64,000 nucleotides of DNA from Chloroflexota bacterium (GTDB lineage Bacteria > Chloroflexota > Limnocylindria > Limnocylindrales > CSP1-4): assembly GCA_025935925.1 (NCBI GenBank), contig JAICUI010000001.1, forward strand, positions 77,605 through 141,604, in the 5' to 3' direction. Numbering within the stretch: position 1 is the stretch's first letter; every line of letters starts with the position of its first letter. This document shows, piece by piece, positions 28,998 to 38,358 of this stretch. Both the position numbers and the translations under genes were made by a program. Below the pieces are notes generated by a model. It ran no database searches. It saw only the letters and a program-made list of their open reading frames with translations, and was not told the origin of the DNA.

Positions 28998-30215
28998 CTA
29001 CGAGATCTCGAGGACCTCGTAGTGGAGCTCGCCGCCGGGCGTCAGGATCGTCACCTGGTCGCCGACGCGCCGCCCCATCAGCGCCGCGCCGACGGGGGAC
29101 ACGCTCGAGATCCGTCCCTCGCGCGAGTTCGCCTCGGCGGAGCTGACGACCTGCAGCGTCGTCTCGTCGCCGTCCGCGTTGACGCGGACCCGCGAGCCCA
29201 GCTCGACGAGCGCGCCGCGCTCGGTCGGGGCGACGACGACGGCGATCTTCAGCTTCGCCTCCAGCGCCTTGATCCGGCCTTCGAGGAACCCCTGCTCCTC
29301 GCGCGCGGCGTGGTATTCGGCGTTCTCCTTGAGGTCGCCGTGCTCGCGCGCCGTCGCGATCCGCTTGACGACCTCGGGCCGCTGCGCGACCAGGCCCGCG
29401 AGCTCCGCCTCCAGCCGCTCCATGCCCTCGGGCGACAGGACGATGGGCTCCGCCGCCTTCCGAGGCGACCCTTGGGCGGCGTACGCGGCCGCGGACGCGA
29501 CCCTTCCGACGCCTCGCCCGGGCGCCGGCCGCCGGCCTCGCTTGGCCTCGTCGCGCGCACCGTCGGCCTCGGCGGGCGGCAGCGTCACGATCCGCTGGAC
29601 CGGCCTGGGCTCCGGCGCCTTCACGTCCGGCAGCAGCGGGTTCGCGATCCCCGTCGGCTTCCGGATGCCGGCCGGCGTCCGGAGCGTGGCCCACGGCATC
29701 GCCATCGCGCCGCCGGGAAGCCGCTCCTTCTCGGCCGCCGGAACGCCGGCGGCGAACGCGTCGATCAGCGCGTCCTCGTATTCCTCCGGGGCGTCGGTGG
29801 ACGCCCACCACACGCGGAGCTCGGCGACGTTCCGCAGGAAGTGCAGCCAGAACCCGGTCCACGCCGGCTTCCGATCGCCCGGGACGGTCTTCGCCATGGA
29901 CGACAGGCGCCCGGCGACCGAGCCCGTCGAGCTGCCGACGAGCAGCACCGGCTGCGACGGAAGCCAGAACGCCGCCAGGCGCTGCTGGAGATCGCGGGAC
30001 GTCGGGCGGGTCCCGTCGAGCCGGAGCTCCGGGACGTGCTCGAGCCACTTGCCGATCAGGGCGAGGTCGAGCGGCGGCGTCGGGATCGGCGCGTTCAGCT
30101 CGACGACGAACACGCCGGGCGCCGGATGCCGGATGGGACGGCCCCACGTGGCGGGACCGTCGGGGAGAAGCCCGACCTCGTGGAGGAGGACGGACGCGGT
30201 GCGCGGGTCGGGCAT
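28998..30215 (-). CDS. greA: GreA-domain protein with ~250-aa N-terminal extension (unknown domain, Lys/Arg/Pro-rich linker, GreA N-terminal coiled coil, GreA C-terminal FKBP-like domain)
   Basis: C-terminal 150 aa read ...[38 protein letters not shown]...[18 protein letters not shown], near-identical to the GreA core. One uninterrupted 405-aa frame with no stop between the domains. Confidence 0.7.
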   Translation of the reverse strand: [405 protein letters not shown]

Positions 30216-30262
30216 GGGTCTCCGGGGCGGATCGGGGTTCGACGCTATCGTTCACACCCATC

Positions 30263-31765
30263 ATGACCTACGACCCGCGCCGGCGCGGCGCCCCGCCCGG
30301 CGCAATCCGACGGGACCACGGCCGGGACCCGCGCGGCCGGGACGCCGGCGGCCTCGGGACGCGCGCGGCGCTCGTGCTCGCCGCGGTGCTGCTGGTCACG
30401 GGGCTCGTCGCGACGGCGGCGCTCGCGGGGTCGGGTGGTCGCAACCCCGCCGCGGCCGGCCCGACGCTGCCGGTCGCCGTCGTCGTGGGGACGCCGTCGC
30501 CCGGGTCGTCGCCGACCGCCACCTCCCCCGCGGCGTCCTCGCCGGACGCAACGTCGACGGCCTCCGACGCCCCGCCGGCGTCGTCCGGCCCGGGCGCCTC
30601 GACCGGCACCGGGCCGTCGGCCTCGCCGGGAGCATCCGCGACGCCGTCGTCGCCCGGTTCGTCGATCCCGTCGGGCAGCCTCCAGGCCAAGCTCGACGCC
30701 GCGCGCGCCCGCCTCCGGATCCCGGGCGTGACCGCGGCGATCCTGTGGGACGACGGGCGCCAGTGGCTCGGCGCCTCGGGGCTGCGCGACGTGGCCGCGA
30801 ACGACCCGATGACGACCGGCACGGCCGTCGGTCTCGCGTCGGTGTCCAAGACGCTCACGGCGGCGGTCGTGCTCCAGCTCATCGACGAGGGACGGCTGCA
30901 GCTGGACCAGCCCGTCGCGCCGCTGCTGCGGGCGTACGGCCTCGACAAGCGGATCACCGTCCGGATGCTGCTCGACCACACGAGCGGCCTGCCCGACTAC
31001 TTCCTCAACGTGAAGATCGATCGGCCGTTGCAGCGGGCGCCCGACGCGACCTGGACCCCCGAGCAGGCGTTCAAGTACGTCCCGAAGGGGCACGCGACGC
31101 CGGGCAAGCGCTGGATCTACTCGAACTCCAACTACCTCCTGCTGGGGGAGCTCGTGCGCCAGGTCACCGGCCGCCCGATCGCCGTGGAGATCCGCGACCG
31201 GCTCCTCGACCCGCTCGGCCTCGAGCAGGCCTGGTACCAGGCCGTCGAGGAGCCGCGGGCCCCGGGCACGATCGCGTACCGCGTGATCGCCGGGTCGAAC
31301 GGCCGGTCGCGGTTCGTGCCCGTCGCGGCGTCGAGCGACGTCATGCCGTTCCGGTCCGTCGTGACCGCCGCCGGAGGCGCGGGGTCGATCGCCGCGACGG
31401 CGCTCGACGCGGCGAAGTGGATGCGTGCGTGGGCGGGCGGCCAGGAGCTGACCCCGGCCCTCGAACAGCAGGTGCTCGCCGACGTCGTCCGCACCCAGCG
31501 GCTCGGGGCCCGCATCCCGTACGGCCTCGGGATCCAGGCGCTGCCGCTGGCCGGCCGGTCCGCGCTCGGCCACTCCGGGCGGTACCTCGGGATCCGCAAC
31601 GTCGTCCGCTACCTGCCGGGCGAGGGCGTCACGATCGCGGTCCTCACCAACCAGTCGGTCGCCGACCCGGCGCGGATCGCGACGGCGCTGCTCAAGGTCA
31701 TCCTGCCGCCGCTGCCCGGACAGCGTGCCGGCGCGAACGCGTCACCGTCGCCCGCGTATCCGTGA
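30263..31765 (+). CDS. Serine hydrolase, beta-lactamase family (class C / PBP4-like), membrane-anchored with Ser/Pro/Ala-rich linker
   Basis: S-x-x-K motif in LASVSKTLTAAVVL. N-terminal TM and low-complexity linker. 500 aa. Confidence 0.85.
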   Translation: MTYDPRRRGAPPGAIRRDHGRDPRGRDAGGLGTRAALVLAAVLLVTGLVATAALAGSGGRNPAAAGPTLPVAVVVGTPSPGSSPTATSPAASSPDATSTASDAPPASSGPGASTGTGPSASPGASATPSSPGSSIPSGSLQAKLDAARARLRIPGVTAAILWDDGRQWLGASGLRDVAANDPMTTGTAVGLASVSKTLTAAVVLQLIDEGRLQLDQPVAPLLRAYGLDKRITVRMLLDHTSGLPDYFLNVKIDRPLQRAPDATWTPEQAFKYVPKGHATPGKRWIYSNSNYLLLGELVRQVTGRPIAVEIRDRLLDPLGLEQAWYQAVEEPRAPGTIAYRVIAGSNGRSRFVPVAASSDVMPFRSVVTAAGGAGSIAATALDAAKWMRAWAGGQELTPALEQQVLADVVRTQRLGARIPYGLGIQALPLAGRSALGHSGRYLGIRNVVRYLPGEGVTIAVLTNQSVADPARIATALLKVILPPLPGQRAGANASPSPAYP

Positions 31766-31841
31766 TCGAGCGTCGCGGCCGATAGGCGGGCCGCCCGCCG
31801 CGGGTCGCGACCGTGATGCCCGCACGCCGACGCTCGGGCCG

Positions 31842-32618
31842 ATGACGGTCCACATCGGCACCTCCGGCTGGCAGTACCGCGACTGGCGCGGGCCCGTGTA
31901 TCCCGCGGGCATCGCGCAGGCGCGCTGGCTCGAGCACTACGCGACGCTGTTCTCCACGGTCGAGTCCAACGCCGCCTTCTACCGGCTGCCCGAGCGACGC
32001 ACGTTCGAAGCGTGGGCGGCGAGGACGCCGCCGGACTTCCGGATGGCCGTGAAGGCGAGCCGGTATCTGACCCACATCCTCCGGCTCCGCGACCCCGACG
32101 AGCCCGTCGGCCTGCTGGTCGACCACGCGGCGGGGCTCGGCGACAAGCTCGGGCCGATCCTCGTCCAGCTCCCGCCGTCGTTCGAGGCCGAGCCCGAGCG
32201 CCTCGAGGCGACGCTGGCGGCGTTCCCGCGCGATTGGCTGGTGTCGGTCGAGGTCCGCGACGCCTCGTGGGATGCGGACGAGGTGTGCCGGATCCTGCAG
32301 CGTCACGGGGCCGCGCTGTGTCTCGCGGACCGGCGGGGACCGCTCGAGCCGCGCTGGCGCACCGCCGACTGGACCTACCTCCGGTTCCACCAGGGCCGCG
32401 CCACGCCGCGCCCGTGCTACGGCGAGCAGGCGCTGGCGACGTGGGCGCGGCGGCTGCGCGATGGCTGGGGCCGCGACGCCGAGGCGTGGGTGTACTTCAA
32501 CAACGACCACCGCGCGTGTGCGCCGTCGGACGCCCTGCGGTTCGCCGAGCTGTGCGCGGACCTCGGGATGGACGTCGCGCGGACGACGGACCCGGACGCG
32601 GTCACGCGACCGGTCTGA
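31842..32618 (+). CDS. DUF72 family protein (YecE-like)
   Basis: In-frame ATG at 31842. HIGTSGWQYRDW...FYRLP is the DUF72 signature. Confidence 0.85.
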   Translation: MTVHIGTSGWQYRDWRGPVYPAGIAQARWLEHYATLFSTVESNAAFYRLPERRTFEAWAARTPPDFRMAVKASRYLTHILRLRDPDEPVGLLVDHAAGLGDKLGPILVQLPPSFEAEPERLEATLAAFPRDWLVSVEVRDASWDADEVCRILQRHGAALCLADRRGPLEPRWRTADWTYLRFHQGRATPRPCYGEQALATWARRLRDGWGRDAEAWVYFNNDHRACAPSDALRFAELCADLGMDVARTTDPDAVTRPV

Positions 32619-32633
32619 CGTCCCTCGATCCGG

Positions 32634-32786
32634 CTGAGCGTCCGGGTCAACGTGCTCAGCGTCGGGTCAGCGCCGCGTGAGTCGCGGGTCAGCAGCGGCA
32701 CAGCGGGCCGCCGGTCCGGACCGGACGCCGTCCCGCGCCGACTCAGCGCCGGCCCGGCCCGTGTCAGCGGCGGCTCAGCGGCGGCC
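32634..32786. repeat. Tandem array of about 9-10 copies of (G/C)TCAGCG(C/G)CGG at ~11-bp phase
   Basis: Copies begin near 32634, 32646, 32656, 32667, 32677, 32689, 32700, 32743, 32764 and 32774. Fills the gap between the convergent DUF72 and DEAD-box helicase genes. Confidence 0.5.
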
Positions 32787-34070
32787 GCCGGCCCTCGCGG
32801 GGCGCCGTCCCGCGCCGTTCGAGCGGCTCCGAGCGACGGGCGCCGCCCCGGCGGCGCCGCGGGGCGCCCGGAGCGGACGCGCCTGCTGGTGCGGGCTGGG
32901 CTCGAATCCCTCCTCGACCTCCCACGGGATCGCGTGCTGCAACAGACGCTGGACGCCGCGCAGCAGGTCGGCCTCGTCGATGCACACGAGGCTGACGGCG
33001 TCGCCCGTCGCGCCGGCCCGTCCGGTGCGCCCGATGCGGTGGACGTAGTCCTCGGGGTTCCACGGCAGCTCGAAGTTCACGACGTGCGGGAGATCCTCGA
33101 TGTCGAGTCCGCGGGCCGCGACGTCGGTCGCGACGAGGACGCGGATCTCGCCGCGCTTGAACGCCTCGAGCGCCTTGGTGCGATCCGACTGCGCGCGATC
33201 GGAGTGGATCGCCGTCGATGCGACGCCGTGCCGGTCGAGCCACGAGGCGAGCCGCGAGGCCGCGAGCTTCGTCCGCGTGAACACGAGCACCTGGTGCCAG
33301 TCGCCCTCGATGACGAGGTGGCGGAGGAGCTCCTCCTTGCGCTCGCGGTCGACGGGGTAGACGAGCTGGCGGACGTTCTCGGCCGCGGTGCCATGGCGGG
33401 CGACCTCGATCGTCACCGGGTCGCGCAGGATGGAGCCCGCGAGGCGCTTGATGTCGTCGGAGAACGTGGCCGAGAACAGCAGCGTCTGCCGCCGGCTGAT
33501 CAGCAGGTCGAGGATCCGGCGGATGTCGGGCATGAACCCCATGTCGAGCATCCGGTCCGCCTCGTCGAGGACGAGGATCTCCACCTGGGCGAGGTTCGCC
33601 GCGCGCTGCCCCACGAGATCGAGCAGGCGGCCCGGCGTGGCGACGAGGATCTCGACGCCCGCGAGGAGCTCCTTGATCTGCGGATCCAGCGGCACGCCGC
33701 CGTAGACGACCGCCGACCGGAGCGCGACGTGGCGGCCGTAGGTCTTGACCGAGTCCGCGACCTGCATCGCGAGCTCACGCGTCGGCGTCAGCACGAGGCA
33801 CCGAACCGGGTGCCGGGCGGGCGAGAACGACGTGTTGGCGTGGGCCTTCAGGCGATCGAGGATCGGCAGCGTGAACGCCGCCGTCTTCCCGGTGCCGGTC
33901 TGCGCCGCGGCGAGGACGTCGCGGCCTTCCAGGACGATGGGGATCGCCCGCTCCTGGACGGGCGTGGGCTCTTCGTATCCCTCTTCCTCGACGGTCCGCA
34001 ACAGGTCCGCCGAGAGCCCGAGGTCTTCAAAACGCAAGGGTGTCTCTGTGTTCTCTCCATCGGGCCGCAT
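32775..34070 (-). CDS. DEAD-box ATP-dependent RNA helicase (RhlE-like) with Arg/Gly-rich C-terminal tail
   Basis: Q-motif, [15 protein letters not shown] and [10 protein letters not shown] are all present. Confidence 0.9.
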   Translation of the reverse strand: MRPDGENTETPLRFEDLGLSADLLRTVEEEGYEEPTPVQERAIPIVLEGRDVLAAAQTGTGKTAAFTLPILDRLKAHANTSFSPARHPVRCLVLTPTRELAMQVADSVKTYGRHVALRSAVVYGGVPLDPQIKELLAGVEILVATPGRLLDLVGQRAANLAQVEILVLDEADRMLDMGFMPDIRRILDLLISRRQTLLFSATFSDDIKRLAGSILRDPVTIEVARHGTAAENVRQLVYPVDRERKEELLRHLVIEGDWHQVLVFTRTKLAASRLASWLDRHGVASTAIHSDRAQSDRTKALEAFKRGEIRVLVATDVAARGLDIEDLPHVVNFELPWNPEDYVHRIGRTGRAGATGDAVSLVCIDEADLLRGVQRLLQHAIPWEVEEGFEPSPHQQARPLRAPRGAAGAAPVARSRSNGAGRRPARAGGRR

Positions 34071-34178
34071 GGGCGGCGACCCTCGCTGGTGCTGTCGTCG
34101 TCCGACGCGGCGCCCTCGCGGGTGGGCGGGGGCGGCGGCGACCGCCGGACGGGCGCGAGTTTACGCGAAAATCGACGG

Positions 34179-34682
34179 ATGGGCGCACAGGGCACGCGGG
34201 CGATCGACGTGGCGAGACGCGCGGGCATCGAATTTCGCGTGCATGAATATGCGCATGACGCACGGTCGTCGCTGCGGGAGGGCGGACGCGGCTACGCGCT
34301 CGAGGCCGTCGAGGCCCTCGGGCTCGCGGCCGATCGCGTGTTCAAGACGATCGTGGCGACCGTCGACGGGCGGCTCGCGCTCGCCGTCGTCCCGGCCGAC
34401 GCGGAGGTCGACCTGAAGGCCGTGGCCGACGCGCTGGGCGGCCGCAGGGCGGCGATCGCGCCACCCGCCGAGGTGGAGAAGGCGACCGGGTACGTGCTCG
34501 GAGGCATCTCACCCCTCGGGACGCGGCGGTCGATGCCGGTGGTCCTCGACGTCTCCGCCGCGGCCTTCCCGACGATCCACGTGTCGGCGGGGCGTCGTGG
34601 GCTGGAGATCGAGCTCGCGGCGGCTGACCTCGTCCGGCTCACGGGCGGGCGGCTCGCAGGGGTGGCGCGGCGGGACGGCTGA
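34179..34682 (+). CDS. ybaK: Cys-tRNA(Pro)/Cys-tRNA(Cys) deacylase YbaK (aminoacyl-tRNA editing domain)
   Basis: In-frame ATG at 34179. ...VFKTIVATVDGRLALAVVPADAEVDLKAV...GYVLGGISPLG. Confidence 0.85.
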   Translation: MGAQGTRAIDVARRAGIEFRVHEYAHDARSSLREGGRGYALEAVEALGLAADRVFKTIVATVDGRLALAVVPADAEVDLKAVADALGGRRAAIAPPAEVEKATGYVLGGISPLGTRRSMPVVLDVSAAAFPTIHVSAGRRGLEIELAAADLVRLTGGRLAGVARRDG

Positions 34683-34699
34683 TCGGCCGGGCAGCCCCG

Positions 34700-34950
34700 G
34701 CCGCACCGCCCCAGCGCCGGACGCGCGTGGCGCCCAGCCCGGGGCCGCAACGCCCAGCGCCGCGTTCACGAGGCGACCCCGGGCGCTCCGCCCAGCGCCG
34801 CGGGTGGCACCCAGCGGCTCGAATGCGCGCCGCGGCCCCATCCGTGTCGATCAGTGACGCACTTGCACGCTGGCGGCTTGCGATCGGCGACGCTTGTCGC
34901 GCTGAGCGGCGCATCCGACGCGGCCACCGCGCACCCCGGCCGCTGAGCGC
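34700..34950. repeat. Repeat-rich non-coding region: 5 copies of CGCCCAGCG(C/G)CG head motif (34711-34820), then two CGCTGAGCG palindromes (about 34893 and 34937)
   Basis: Seen in sequence. Related in sequence to 50800-50960 and to the 32634 array. Lies between convergent 3' ends. Confidence 0.45.
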
Positions 34951-35297
34951 TTCGGACGGTGGGTCGCATCACGACGATCCACGTGAAGGCCATCAACGAC
35001 CGCATGCCGGCCACCGCTGTCCGCCGGCCGCCGGGTATCGGGAACGACGTCCCGCCCGGAGCCGCCCCGCGGCTCGTCTGCGCGGCGCGTGCACCGATCG
35101 AGCCGGTCGCCGGCCAGGGCGTCACGGGTGGCGCCGCACAGCGCCCGGCTGGTTCGCCTCGCGACCCGATCGTCGCGTGGACCGCGCACAGCAGCCGCTC
35201 GGCGTCCCAATGCGCCCGCGCGGCCCGGCACGGCCCGGCGCCGCGACCCGCGGCGCGACCCGCCGCGCCGCGACCCGCCGCGCACCGCCACCGCCGC

Positions 35298-36134
35298 CTA
35301 GCCCGAGATCTCCGCGCGCTCCGTCCAGATCGCCGCGACCGCGAGCGACGCCACGAGCCACGCCGCGACCACCACGATCGCCGTCTGCGGATCGAGCGAC
35401 GCCCCGAACCCTCCGCCGCCGCCCGCGCCACCCCCGCCGCCGCCCAGCGAGCTGCCCCCGGTGAACACCGCGCTCGACGCCGCGAACGGGAACCACTTGA
35501 TGAGGTCCGGCGCGAACACGCCGGCGATCCCCTCGGCGAAGAACACACCGATCCCCACGCCGATGCCCGCGAGCTGGCTGCGAGCCACGGTGGCGATCGC
35601 AAACCCCAACGCAGCGTTCATCGCCATCGCGAGGCCGGCGCGTCCGAACAGCTCGGGCAGTCGGAGGAGCGCGTCGCGGTCGCCCAGGCCGTTCAGGCCG
35701 ATGCCGCTGATGGTCGCGCCCAGCATCGAGATCAGGAGCCCCGCAAGGAACGCGAGGACGATCCCGATCCACGTGTAGATCGCGACCGACGCGTAGTTGA
35801 GCAGCGTGAACGCGATCCGTGACTCCCCGCGCGCGACCGCCGCCTTCAGCGTTCCCCAGCCCCACTCCGAGCCGGCGATCGCGGCGCCGTACGTCACGGC
35901 GAGCAGCCCCCCGATGCCCATGACCATCGAAAGGATCAGCTCGTACGCCCCGGGGAAGGTCAGGAACAGCGTCCCCGCGAGCTTCGCCTCCGGATCGCTC
36001 GCCGACCGGCTCGCGACGGTCACGAGCAGGATGATCAGCGCGAGCAGGCCGACGAGGAGCAGCAGCGTCACCCAGCTCGCCGGCCGGCGGCGCAGCTTCC
36101 CGAGGTTCGAGCGCAGGAGCCTCATGCCTGCCAC
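35298..36134 (-). CDS. ABC-2 family transporter permease
   Basis: 278 aa, six TM helices, overlaps the upstream ATPase gene. Confidence 0.75.
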   Translation of the reverse strand: MAGMRLLRSNLGKLRRRPASWVTLLLLVGLLALIILLVTVASRSASDPEAKLAGTLFLTFPGAYELILSMVMGIGGLLAVTYGAAIAGSEWGWGTLKAAVARGESRIAFTLLNYASVAIYTWIGIVLAFLAGLLISMLGATISGIGLNGLGDRDALLRLPELFGRAGLAMAMNAALGFAIATVARSQLAGIGVGIGVFFAEGIAGVFAPDLIKWFPFAASSAVFTGGSSLGGGGGGAGGGGGFGASLDPQTAIVVVAAWLVASLAVAAIWTERAEISG

Positions 36135-37126
36135 CGCGGCCCGTCCGGTGCCGCGCCTCCGGACGCCGCAGACCCCGCCGCCCCGCCGAGGTCCGGGGAC
36201 GTCCCCGTGAGCTCGAGAAAGAGCGCCTCGAGCGTCGTCCCCACCTCGATCCGCGACGCGTACACGCCGGCGCCGGCCAGCGACCGGTTCAGCTCGGCCG
36301 CGCGCTCGGGGTCGATGCGGACGTCGAGCCAGCCCGCCTCCGGACCGTGCTCGACGGTGACCGCGCCCGCGCCCGCGACCGCCTCGAGAGCCGGCCCCGC
36401 CGTCGGCACCTGGTCGGGCGCGACGCGGACGCGGACGGTGCCCTCGGCCCGGAGCAGGTCCTCGATCGGCCCCTCCCGCACGAGCCTGCCCTGCGCAACG
36501 ATGCCCACCACGTCCGCGAGCTGCTGGACCTCCCAGAGGATGTGGCTCGACACGAACACCGTCTTGCCGGCCGCCGCGAGCGCCCGGAGCGTGTCGCGCA
36601 TCCCCGCGATGCCCGCGGGATCAAGGCCGTTCGCGGGCTCGTCGAGCAGCAGCAGCCGGGGATCGGACAGCAGCGCGCCCGCGATGCCCAGCCGCTGCTT
36701 CATGCCCAGCGAGTAGCCCGACACCTTGTCGCCTGCGCGGTCCTGCAGGTTCACGAGGCTGAGCAGCTCGTCCACGCGGGAGCGCGACGTCGGTGCGCCG
36801 GTCGCCGCGAGCGCCCGCAGGTTCTCGCGACCCGACAGGAACGGGTAGAACGACGGCGACTCGATGAGCGCGCCGACCTCGAACAGCCGGCGCCGATCGC
36901 CCCGCCCGAACGGCCGGCCGAGCACCTCGACGCGCCCGGCGTCGGGACGGATGAGCCCGGTGAGGATGCGCATGGTGGTGGTCTTGCCTGCACCGTTCGG
37001 CCCGAGGAAGCCGTACACGACCCCCGTCGGCACGCGCAGGTCCAGCCCGTCGAGCGCGACGCGCGGCCCGTACCGCTTCGCCAGCCCCTGGGTCGCGAGC
37101 GCCACGCCATCCGCCGATTCCGACAC
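36122..37126 (-). CDS. ABC transporter ATP-binding protein (GTG start; the track's 165-aa N-terminal extension is rejected)
   Basis: GGGAGGGG RBS before GTG (VSESADGVALATQGLAKRYG). Walker A GPNGAGKTTT, Walker B LLLDEP. Confidence 0.8.
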   Translation of the reverse strand: MSESADGVALATQGLAKRYGPRVALDGLDLRVPTGVVYGFLGPNGAGKTTTMRILTGLIRPDAGRVEVLGRPFGRGDRRRLFEVGALIESPSFYPFLSGRENLRALAATGAPTSRSRVDELLSLVNLQDRAGDKVSGYSLGMKQRLGIAGALLSDPRLLLLDEPANGLDPAGIAGMRDTLRALAAAGKTVFVSSHILWEVQQLADVVGIVAQGRLVREGPIEDLLRAEGTVRVRVAPDQVPTAGPALEAVAGAGAVTVEHGPEAGWLDVRIDPERAAELNRSLAGAGVYASRIEVGTTLEALFLELTGTSPDLGGAAGSAASGGAAPDGPRWQA

Positions 37127-37506
37127 GCAACCCCTCCCGTGACCGGAACGGCGCCGAGGCCCCCGGTGCGTCGCCACAACGATACCGCCCCGACCGGCAT
37201 GGCCCGAATGGGCAGGGTGACACACGACTGTTACACCTGCCATACTCCCTGCGACCCCCAGGTCACGACCCGAACGCAGACAGGCCCACAACCGAAGAGC
37301 CGTCGCCACGGCAGGCACCTGTCGACACTTCGGGCGGATCGCCGCCCGGCCCCGATCGCGCCGCAGCGCCCTTCCCCAGACCCTCGGCCGGGTGTGCTTG
37401 CCTCGCGCTCCTCGCGCCCAGCCCCCGTCCTCGCCGTCGACGGCACCCAGTCCACCGTCTCCGCGGGCCCCATCCGCGGTGTTCCGGCAGAGAGGAGGCA
37501 CGACGG

Positions 37507-38355
37507 TTGCCCGACCATGACCGCGGCGCCCAGCGGGCGTCATCCAGGAAGATCCGGTCGCTGTTGACCGGGGTCTTCGCCGCTCTCTTGGTCGTGACCG
37601 CGACGCACGCCACGGCACCGGAGGCCGCGGCGGCGACTCGCAAGGTCGTCATCGTCGTCGGTCCCGTGGGGTCGGCCACCACGAACTACCGTGACAACGC
37701 GAAGCTGCTCGCCTCCCAGGCGCGGAGCTACGGCGCATCCGTCGTCACGCTGTTCAGCCCCTATGCCACCTGGTCGCGCGTCAAGGACGCCGCGCACGGG
37801 GCGAACGTCCTCATCTACCTCGGCCATGGCAACGGCTGGCCCAGCCCGTACGCCCCGTTCTCGACCACCTCGAAGGACGGCATGGGGCTCAATGCCACGT
37901 ACGGCAACGGCAACAGCAACACCAAGTACTTCGGCGAGTACTACATGGCGCGGCTCGGGCTGGCGGCGAACGCCGTCGTGATCCTCAACCGCCTGTGCTA
38001 CGCGTCCGGCAACAACGAGTGGGGGGCCGGGAACCCCACCCGTGCGACCGCGATCAAGCGGGTCGACAACTTCGGCTACGGGTTCCTGCATGGGGGCGCG
38101 AAGGCCGTCTTCGCGAGCGGGATCACGAGCGTCGGGTACGTCCTGCGCGGCCTGTTCAAGGGGTCCTCGTCGATGACGATGGCCCAGCTCTTCTGGTCCG
38201 ACCCGAAGGCGACGCGGACCTACCGCTTCTCGTTCTCCGGCATCCGGACGGCCGGCACGTCGGCGCAGATGGATCCGTATGCCGCGAACCGCTACTACCG
38301 GTCGGTGATCGGGTTCCTCGGCACCACCGTGGGGGCGTGGCGCTCGGGCAGCTGA
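37507..38355 (+). CDS. Secreted hypothetical protein with His-Gly ... Cys arrangement reminiscent of clan-CD (caspase/clostripain-like) peptidases
   Basis: AGAGGAGG RBS 9 nt before TTG. Signal peptide present. Motifs VLIYLGHGNGW and VILNRLCYASGNNEW. Confidence 0.6.
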   Translation: MPDHDRGAQRASSRKIRSLLTGVFAALLVVTATHATAPEAAAATRKVVIVVGPVGSATTNYRDNAKLLASQARSYGASVVTLFSPYATWSRVKDAAHGANVLIYLGHGNGWPSPYAPFSTTSKDGMGLNATYGNGNSNTKYFGEYYMARLGLAANAVVILNRLCYASGNNEWGAGNPTRATAIKRVDNFGYGFLHGGAKAVFASGITSVGYVLRGLFKGSSSMTMAQLFWSDPKATRTYRFSFSGIRTAGTSAQMDPYAANRYYRSVIGFLGTTVGAWRSGS

Positions 38356-38358
38356 GCG

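Noticed and set aside
32881-32900. GGGCTCGAATCCC, a tRNA T-arm-like string
   Set aside because: Lies inside the helicase coding sequence and has no flanking acceptor or anticodon-arm complementarity. No tRNA called anywhere in the window.
35230-35295. 3 tandem copies of CGCGACCCGCCG just before the ABC-2 permease stop
   Set aside because: Short GC-rich microsatellite-like repeat, probably low-complexity drift. Noted as part of the repeat-rich spacer rather than a separate element.
37127-37618. 165-aa N-terminal extension of the ABC ATPase ORF
   Set aside because: Non-protein-like composition (RSRPRERRRPRS...). A GGAGG-GTG start just before the conserved ATPase N-terminus fits better.
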